A stretch of 64,000 bases of DNA. It comes from Hormiphora californensis. Taxonomy: Eukaryota; Animalia; Ctenophora. A program made the position numbers and the translations under genes. Location: NCBI GenBank assembly GCA_020137815.1, contig CM035360.1:5146001-5210000 (forward strand), written 5' to 3'. Below, piece after piece: positions 34,001-64,000 of this stretch. The notes under the pieces are model-generated. The model saw only the letters and a program-made list of their open reading frames with translations, was not told the DNA's origin and ran no database searches. Position 1 is the first letter of the stretch; every line of letters begins with the position of its first letter.

Positions 34001-37000
34001 GCTAGTGCACTTTCAGTGGTCGTAATAGGATAGGTAGAGAATGAATGATACATTCAGAGCGAACGGAACGGCATAGAGAAAGATAGAGCTAGGGAGAGAG
34101 CGAGGGATAGAGAATGATATAGAGATTCATATGTAATGAAGTGAGAGAGAAATCGAGAGAGACGTACAGAGAGATGAAGATTAAGCGAGAGAGAGAAAGG
34201 AAATGACCAAACACACTGAATACAGTCATGATTAATGAGTGACTAAAACTGCTTTTCATACAACACTGAACACATGTCTGTGTGTGTGTGTTACATAAAA
34301 TGACAAATATCATAACGTATACATATTTCCCTTGATGACAGACCCCGATTTGAAACACCCCCCTCCCCCTCCCCTGTGTATTTATCACTACCAGGATGAG
34401 AGAGTGGTGACATGTGTACATTATAATAACCGAGATGATAAATGTGGCATTATTATAAGATAATGTAACAGGGTGACAACAGGATAAATGTAACACGTGG
34501 GGGGTGGGTATAATTAATACTGATTGGGTGGGGGAAATGCACTTTAAAAATGACCCTATTATGCAGTGGGAAGAGATGAAGAAGTTGAATATAATATTTG
34601 AATAACCAACATATATTTTGGGCTAATGCATTTGGCATGGGAGAGAGTGTAGCATTGTATATTTGGTGTGGTCCAGTCGCACTGGATAGAATGTAGGTTT
34701 CCGACTGCTGGGCCGGAGCTATTTAGTTTGATATTCGAAACTAAGGATAGAATATATAAAATATACTTTTCTTAACCTAACTCTGTTGTCCTCATAAGTC
34801 ATATCACTCAACAAGAATAATAAGTAAGCCCTAATAAAATCATACATTCCGTTCAAATCTCCCTCTCCCACACCCTATCACTACATATTCATTGGTGACG
34901 TCATAACTGCTACGTAATCTCATATATATCATATGCTGGGTGTTACAAAGAAACACCGGAAACTTGCAACAAAGACCCAGCCCCACTTTCACTTCCCCCC
35001 ACACGGTACACTCTCACTATTTACATTTCATTGAATAATGCATTGAGATAAAAGCATACTACCAACAAACAGACCAACAAATTCACTCATATGAAAACAA
35101 ACAAACCCTACAAACAAACAGACAAACAAACAAACCCTACAAATTGCTACAAACCCAGTTATTTACCTCTGGTGCCATCCAGCAGGGTGTACCGACGAAA
35201 GTTCTCCGAGTTTTCTGCTTTCTGTCACACTGATCGTAGATAAGGCCACTAACTCCAAAGTCTGTCAGAACTATACTACCATCCTCTCCCAGTAGAATAT
35301 TACTCGCCTGAAAGGATTCAACGTCAGCTAAATCATGGGAGAGAGAGAACTTTTATCTTGTCACGTTCAGATAATATCAAATATATCTAATAGGTAGGTA
35401 TTATAGTACATGAACTTAGTTAACCCTTTGACGGCGACAGAGCATATATGCTACAGTCTATTCTAGGCGGCCTGGAAGTCCTTATGTTTTATCTAGGTGG
35501 CCCATATTTTGTCACGAGCTAGTTTTAGGAATTATGAACCTAAAACCACGTCCAGATCAGCTCAGAAAATCAAGAAAAAAAATTTTATAGCCCCTCTAAG
35601 GAGGCTAATTTCGGCCTTTTTTTAAAAACATTTCTCATTTTTTTGTTTTTTGGGGGCACAACTAATCCTTTGAAGGAATAAAAGTGCTCGACATAACCGA
35701 CCGAATGCAAAAAGCCGCATCAAAAAATATTGAAAATTGAATGAGTTATTAACGTTTAAGGCGCCGTATCATATATGATACTATCGCCCGTAAGGGAATT
35801 CTAGTAACAAATCTAAATTGTACAAGTGTGTGGGTGCTATGGCATAAATTTATGCTTTCATTTGGTATATAGCTACAAGTTCTACAATCGTGAACGGTTT
35901 TTACCAGGAAAAGAACCCAAATTAGAGATTTGTATCATATATGATACTATCGTCCTAAGGGTAAATTCTCCTAAAACATACATAATTCGGGCTAGAAAAG
36001 GAGCTAAGAGACAAATGGGGGCACTAAAATGTGTAGAATCATCGCATTAGTGGGGGTAGAGCACATATTTAGGTCGCTATCTGGATCCCTAATTGAGATA
36101 ATTGGATAATTAGCTAATTATCTGTCCCGCGTGTGCTAATTATTCGTGAAACTTTGCTCTGGGAAGGAGTTATGAGACAAATGGGGGCACTAAAATGTGT
36201 AGAATCATCAAATTAGTGGGGGTAGAGCACATATTTAGGTCGCTATCTGGATCCATAATTGAGATAATTGGATAATTAGCTAATTAGTTGCCCTGGAGCG
36301 CTAATAAATGTGACTAGGCGGAGTATACAAGACAAGTGAGGGCACTAAAATGTGTAAAATCATCGCCTTAGCGGGGGTAGAGCACATAGCTGAGTTTCTA
36401 TTCCCACTCCTAATTGAGATAATTGGATAATTAGCTAATTGACGGTTGCACACCGTCCACTTTTCACCAAATCCCGTGGTTTCTAGGTAATCCTGAGCTC
36501 TTTTGCTCAATCTAAGGATCTTCTGACAATCCCTAACCCCATTTGTATCACCTTTGACTCGTTTTACACAATAGTATAGCACTCGATACAACCATAGACA
36601 CTGCCTTCAGCTCTTTAGAACCCTCTTGCTCCATCCTAGACCTCTCATACATCCAAGATCCAACTACAATCCTATAGAATTTTTATATCCTATTGCTCCT
36701 ACAACACGTTCAACCTCTAATATACTACAGTTTCCCATATTTATTGTTTGGACACACGGTTATAGGGGTTTAGGGATATTAGGGACTGTCAGAAGATCCT
36801 TAGATTGAGCAAAAGAGCTCAGGATTACCTAGAAACCACGGGATTTGGTGAAAAGTGGACGGTGTGCAACCGTCAATTAGCTAATTATCCAATTATCTCA
36901 TTTAGGAGTTGGAATAGAAACTCAGCTATGTGCTCTACCTCCACTAAGGCGATGATTTTACACATTTTAGTGCCCCTACTTGTCTTGGATACTCCACAAA

Positions 37001-38686
37001 GTCTCATTTATTAGCGCTCCAGGGCAACTAATTAGCTAATTATCCAATTATCTCAATTATGGATCCAGATAGCGACCTAAATATGTGCTCTACCCCCACT
37101 AATGTAATGATTCTACACATTTTAGTGCCCCCATTTGTCTCATAACTCCTTCCCAGAGCAAAGTTTCATGAATAATTAGCACGTGCGGGACAGATAATTA
37201 GCTAATTATCCAATTATCTCAATTAGGGATCCAGATAGCGACCTAAATATGTGCTCTACCCCCACTAATGTGATGATTCTACACATTTTAGTGCCCCCAT
37301 TTGTCTGTTAGCTCCTTTTCTAGCCCGAATTATGTATGTTTTAGGAGAATTTACCCTTAGGACGATAGTATCATATATGATACAAATCTCTAATTTGGGT
37401 TCTTCTCCTGGTAAAAACCGTTCACGATTGTAGAACTTGTAGCTATATACCACATGAAAGCATAAAGTTATGCCATAGCACCCACAAACTTGTACAATTT
37501 AGATTTGTTACTAGAATTCCCTTACGGGCGATAGTATCATATATGCTACAGTGGGCCCAGCAAAAACTACATGTCGGAATTACAAATTTCCTTTTCGAGG
37601 CGTTTTGTGTTGATAATATCTACTTATAAACGAAAAATTAGACAATTCTATCGAGCCAATCCTTCTCGCCGTCAAAGGGTTAAACCCCACTTGCTACAAT
37701 AACTCTCAGCGGCTACTACATACAACTTACACCTTTCAACACCACTGCCAACTACCCACATATATCTAGCTTTAATTTCTAGATAACTCTCTCCTTGACA
37801 GTCAATAAATTAACGAACTCTTGATTCTCTAATTCCACCCAAAACGACCAAAAACTCTGCACACATACCTTGACATCCCGGTGAATGTATTGGTTGCTAT
37901 GGACGTATTCTAATCCCTTCAAAACCTCCTTTAGAATGGTTGCTATGGTAACCTCATCCAGAATTCCAGTCGAAGACTTCCCCTCCTGAAGAAGTCAAAC
38001 AATTAAATCATACAGTGTATGTTGATTAGATGGAGTAGTGTAAAATTTGATTTAATATACATATTTCAATAATTTTAATTACATTTTTCACGATGTGTTT
38101 GATGACATCTAGGACGGATCCACCACTGTAAAGCTTCATAACAACCCATAGCTCGTGTTTCACAACGAACGCAGTGTAAAATTGGGCGATATTCTCGTGA
38201 TTAAAACGAGACAGGACCTACGGGAGAGAGATTGTCTGAGTGTTCAATTTGATTAGAAACTCAATCTTATTCTAGAAACACCCAGAAATAACTACTTTTG
38301 CAATTTGATCATTCAAAAGAGTAGATTCAAAGGACGCAGACGAACCTTCAAGATTGCACGGGAAATAAAATACTTACGTTGACCTCTTTGATGACTTCGT
38401 CTATACTAAACTGCGTTTTGTCAAGATCAATCCTCTTTACAGCTACGTTTTCGTTCTTGGGCTTGCAATACGCGATCTGAAGGAGGAAAATATTATTCAA
38501 TATTTACCGTTACACATATGCACGTTGATAGAGCTATAGCTTTCTATTTTCGTAGCGATTAGCGGAAATCGGGATAATTGTTTCCCTGCGAATTCAACTT
38601 GAGTTTACCTGCACTGTAGCAGTGCCCCCAGTTCCGATTACGCCTTGGAGCTCGTAATCGTCCCTTAAGGTAGGCCATGAGTCCAT
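25369..38686 (-). CDS. OXSR1: SPAK/OSR1 (STK39/OXSR1) Ste20-family kinase
   Basis: Starts [26 protein letters not shown] (38686). Contains HRDVKASNILL, DFGVSG, the T-loop [22 protein letters not shown], the S-motif [25 protein letters not shown] (exon starting 27379) and the CCT domain [17 protein letters not shown]...[10 protein letters not shown]. One extra base at 25660-25663. Confidence 0.92.
35424..37679. mobile_element. Non-autonomous piggyBac-type element with a long internal inverted repeat, in a SPAK/OSR1 intron
   Basis: TTAA TSDs (35420-35423, 37680-37683) and TIR ccctttgacggcga / tcgccgtcaaaggg. Inverted arms 35766-36536 and 36779-37549. No transposase ORF. Confidence 0.9.
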
Positions 38687-39398
38687 GGACACACACCTGA
38701 CCTAGCGTAACAAACCTAGACGGACGACATTGGCGGTTATTGGAGGGGTTTGACGCAACTTTTGACTTCAATTTTGTCACGTTACAACAAAGAGAGCGTT
38801 AAGTTAATCGAACACAGACATTTACAAATCTTCAAAAAAGCAAAACGGGGCTTACAAGGCCCAACTTGGTGGTTCAAAGACTAAAAACTAGGAATTTTAA
38901 GATTTAAAAAAATTTTTGTTTTTCAGCGGAACTTTTTTCAAACTGAATTTCAAGCGCGCGGCGCGACAACAAGAGAAACTAAGTTGCGCGCCACAAACAG
39001 CATCGCATAATTTAAAATTCCGCGTTCGCAATTTCTTTACTCATAAGAGAGAAATTTTACGACCAGGCCACAATTTTCCATTTAAATTCCTCATTTCAGA
39101 ATTGCAGAAATAAATAAATAAAACGAACTGTTTTCAAGAAACGCAAAGAAGACAATAAATAATGTAAACTTACACAAAAAGATAACAAAAACAAAAACTC
39201 ACACAGTTTGGGGGATAATATTAATAAATGAACACATGATTTTATTTCATTTCTAGTAGTTTTTTCCCTTTCTGATAAGTGTCTATCATCCAGAAAAGGT
39301 TAGCAAAACGCTTGTGGGACTGCCTTACCCTTCAAGGCTTGTTAAGTTCTAACCCTCCCTTTACATTTATAAAGGGGCGCCCGAAACACAGTCTAGCC

Positions 39399-39487
39399 CT
39401 GTCTGGCGCCGCGACCCATCTGAGCGCACTGTCGCGCGCTCAGATTAGGGATTTGAGAATCAAATGGGGTATGGCGCCGCCATACAG
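39399..39487. mobile_element. 89-bp MITE (CTG...CAG ends)
   Basis: TIRs ctgtctggcgccgc / ggcgccgccatacag and perfect 8-bp TSD gtctagcc (39391-39398, 39488-39495). Confidence 0.8.
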
Positions 39488-40149
39488 GTCTAGCCAGGCA
39501 TGGATAATGAGAAAATATTCACGATAATAATAGGATTGGTAGGATATACACTTCTCAGAATACATAATACCATAAATATAAAGTTAAAGCACACACAGAC
39601 AACAACAACAAACACTCTGCAGTAGGGGCACATCGTATCTACACACCCTACACTCACTGCTAGATTTAAACCCTCTGAGGGGCTTCCACACACATAAAGT
39701 ATCTACTATTACTACGGGTAACTAGGGCTACTTGGTAACTAAGGGTTACCTTGGTTACCACACACAAACTAGCAGCATTTAGGTTACTTGGGATACCTAT
39801 AGCGAGGACACCATAGCAACGGTTGAACACACACAAACCACAACACAAACAAACCAACAACACAAACCAACAACAACTCTAGTTTACTCCACCTAAATGT
39901 GTTCAATTTGAGGAAAATCATCAAAAAATAAACGGGGGTGTAAATAAAACGTATGAAAAAAGAGAACTAAACGTCTTTAGTTGTTCCTACTGCACATAGT
40001 GCTAAATAGCAACAAAAAGGCTCCACCAATTTATTGCACCTAATCATTAACTTCCCTAGTCAAAAACCACATGGTATACCAAAAAGATTTGAGCAAAAAA
40101 AACACAATTATCCCATTAATTAACTAATTAAGTTAGTTAATTAAACTAT

Positions 40150-56569
<16,420 letters not shown>

Positions 56570-56988
56570 GCGTCAAATCGATCCTATTGAATATCAAAAC
56601 AAGATACAACCGAAAGTAAGAGAGGAACAAGACCTAGCACTCAGAATCACTAGCAATGAGTCCGTTTGTTCGGTAAATCAAGGTCGTCGTTCATTGGCTC
56701 TTTGATATCACCTCATCCAGCGCGCGCGGCTAATTTGCTCCTTCATCAAAACTGTCATCGTTCCAAGAACGAAATGCCAAAGCCAGATGACAACGCGCAG
56801 CGTTTTTGCGCGTTCGTCCAAATGCGCGTACGCCGCGCAACGAAATTTGTACAGATTTCAAAAAAAAACTCGACCAGAAAAAGATGCAAAAACTTTGTTT
56901 TTTCTCAGTTCGACTATCAAAAACAGTTTTGTTAGTGCTCTCACTTCCTTTGATCTATTCTAGACCACCTCTTTTATAATCCAAGAAT
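56570..56988. promoter_or_regulatory. Bidirectional promoter between NPC1 and GFPT
   Basis: 419 bp between divergent ATGs, with CpG/CGCG-rich motifs (gcgcgcgcggc ~56720, gcgcgtacgccgcgc ~56824) and ATTGG (CCAAT) at ~56693. Confidence 0.6.
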
Positions 56989-62255
<5,267 letters not shown>

Positions 62256-62276
62256 GTGTGTAGCAGAGAGAGAGAG

Positions 62277-62327
<51 letters not shown>

Positions 62328-62334
62328 ATCGCTA

Positions 62335-63535
62335 TTATTATAGTAGCTTAAGTCGTGGACATAACCACGTCCCCTATGCACACCGTTCCAAACCGTTGTG
62401 ACTCACACAACATCAAGCTGGTTATTGTCCGAGATACATTACAGTAACGCGCCGTGACATTCTTCTTTCTTGTTGTGCGCGGGAGAGTTACCACGCGCGT
62501 TCCCACCTTCTCAACTTGGCTGGCTCACTGAGCGTGAAAACAAAAACATTTTCACAAGCTGATTCTGCACTGGCCAATGCTTCGACAGAGCTGATTTCTA
62601 ACTCTTTATCCTTGGCGTTAACATCATTTAAGTCTTAGTTGGTATCGGCTCACAAACCCTAATTAGGTGGCTCGGTGTCGTGTGTAATCCCATGATAATC
62701 AGCACATATCGTCTCAATTTCATCTAGACACTTGACAGGGTTGTTATGACGATTTGGCAAGGCCCCTGTTAATGTGTAGGATACGCAAGTGGTCTATCTC
62801 AACACTGTCATGCACTAAGATGTTATTCAAGCAACAATGAGCTTCATAACAGGGCAAAATGCGATGCGATACCTGCACTGAGACCACTTTTGGGAAAATT
62901 CCAGTTCTGACAGTCATAAGACACTCTAAACATTGAGCTAGGACAAAAACCCGGGTACCAAAATGACCGCCAGACAATCATAGCGCTGGCAAGCGCCCGG
63001 GGCCCAATCCTCCCTCCCCCCAACCATCCTTCCCTTAAAAATGTCCACTTTCCAAGCATTCTTGCTTCCAGTGAATGGAAAATCGAAATTGCGAAAAAAA
63101 AATTTTTTGAATTTTTTGAAAATTTTTGAAAATTATGACAGCGCTACTATACTTAGGGTAGGCGGGGGTAATTCGGGTCACCTTTTTGATTAAAGTGGTA
63201 TTCCCTTGGTTGTGGCAGAATGTCTGCACATAAAATCTATTCAATTTATCCAATGTGACACTTGTTAAGATATTTGGACTGTTGAAGTTTTCAAATCCAA
63301 CCTTTTTCACACATAAAAAAGCCCACGAAATCGTTAGTTTGCGTATTGTTGGTAATTCGGGTCAGTGGCTAAATCGGGCCACGCGCGTATTCAGCCAATC
63401 ACAGCCCTCGCAAACAAACACGTGACCAAATGACCCGAATTACCAACACAGCGTGTTGCCGCTGAAATCATGCGGTTAATTCGGGTCAAGTGTTTGTAAT
63501 TCGGGCCAGCTGTTGGTTGGCTGATGGTTGGCTGT
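62335..63535. mobile_element. Probable repeat/TE-derived insertion in a GFPT intron
   Basis: Abrupt change after an (AG)n/(ATT)n tract. Recurrent taattcgggtca motif in both orientations (~63109, 63354, 63431, 63478). No termini or ORF recognised. Confidence 0.35.
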
Positions 63536-63539
63536 TTTA

Positions 63540-64000
63540 GGGGCCTCTAGGAGGCCTCTAGAGGCCCCCTAGAGGCCCCCAGAGGCCCCTAGGGCCCCTA
63601 GAGGCCCCTAGAGGCCCCTAGAGACCCCTAAAGGCCCCTTAAGGCCCCTTAAGGCCCCTAGAGGCCCCCTAGAAGCCCCCCTAGAGGCCCCTAGAGGCCC
63701 CCAGAGGCCCCCAGAGGCCCCCTAGAGGCCCCTAGAGACCCCTTGAGACCCCTAAAGGCCCCTTAAGGCCCCTTAAGGCCCCTAGAAGCCCCTAGAGGAC
63801 CCTAGGGCCTAGAGGCCCCCCTAGAAGCCCCTAGAGGACCCTAGAGGCCCCGAGAGGCCCCTAGAGGCCCCCGAGAGGCCCCTAAAAGCCCCTAGAGGAC
63901 CCTATATGCCCCCTATATGCCCCCTAGAGGCCCCTAGAGGCCCCCAGAGGCCCCTAGAGGCCCCTAGAGGCCCCTTAAGGCCCCTAGAAGCCCCTAGAGG
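63540..64000. repeat. ~10-bp (GGCCCCTAGA)n minisatellite running off the window end
   Basis: Directly visible degenerate tandem repeat. Confidence 0.92.

Noticed and set aside
35826-37453. Mirror-image ORF pairs on opposite strands
   Set aside because: By-product of the inverted repeat arms; no transposase motifs.

Overview
Compact, intron-rich animal genomic DNA with very dense (AG/CT)n microsatellites. Gene layout, nested genes and MITE families suggest a ctenophore, Pleurobrachia-like (inference from memory of these repeats, not a search). Hand-spliced genes, left to right: LRR1 (+), GPR137-like (+), SLC35G-type transporter (+), beta-hexosaminidase (-), two tandem paralogous orphan genes (+), SPAK/OSR1 kinase (-), NPC1 (-) head-to-head with GFPT (+, runs off the window). 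Two small secreted-protein genes with their own TATA boxes sit antisense inside introns. One is a 3-exon, 62-aa neuropeptide-precursor-like gene ending EE-GGYY-G-K-stop in a hexosaminidase intron; the ORF track cannot show it. The other is a 187-aa Cys-rich repeat protein in a GFPT intron. Tandem duplications are repeatedly anchored on splice junctions (16 x 32 bp and 8 x 37 bp donor arrays). There are several non-autonomous DNA transposons: 8-bp-TSD MITEs, one carrying a tRNA-like Pol III head, and a TTAA piggyBac-type element with a 771-bp-arm inverted repeat. Single-base indels in several unrelated genes at 14-26 kb and a garbled NPC1 segment at 45.5-46.1 kb are most likely consensus errors.
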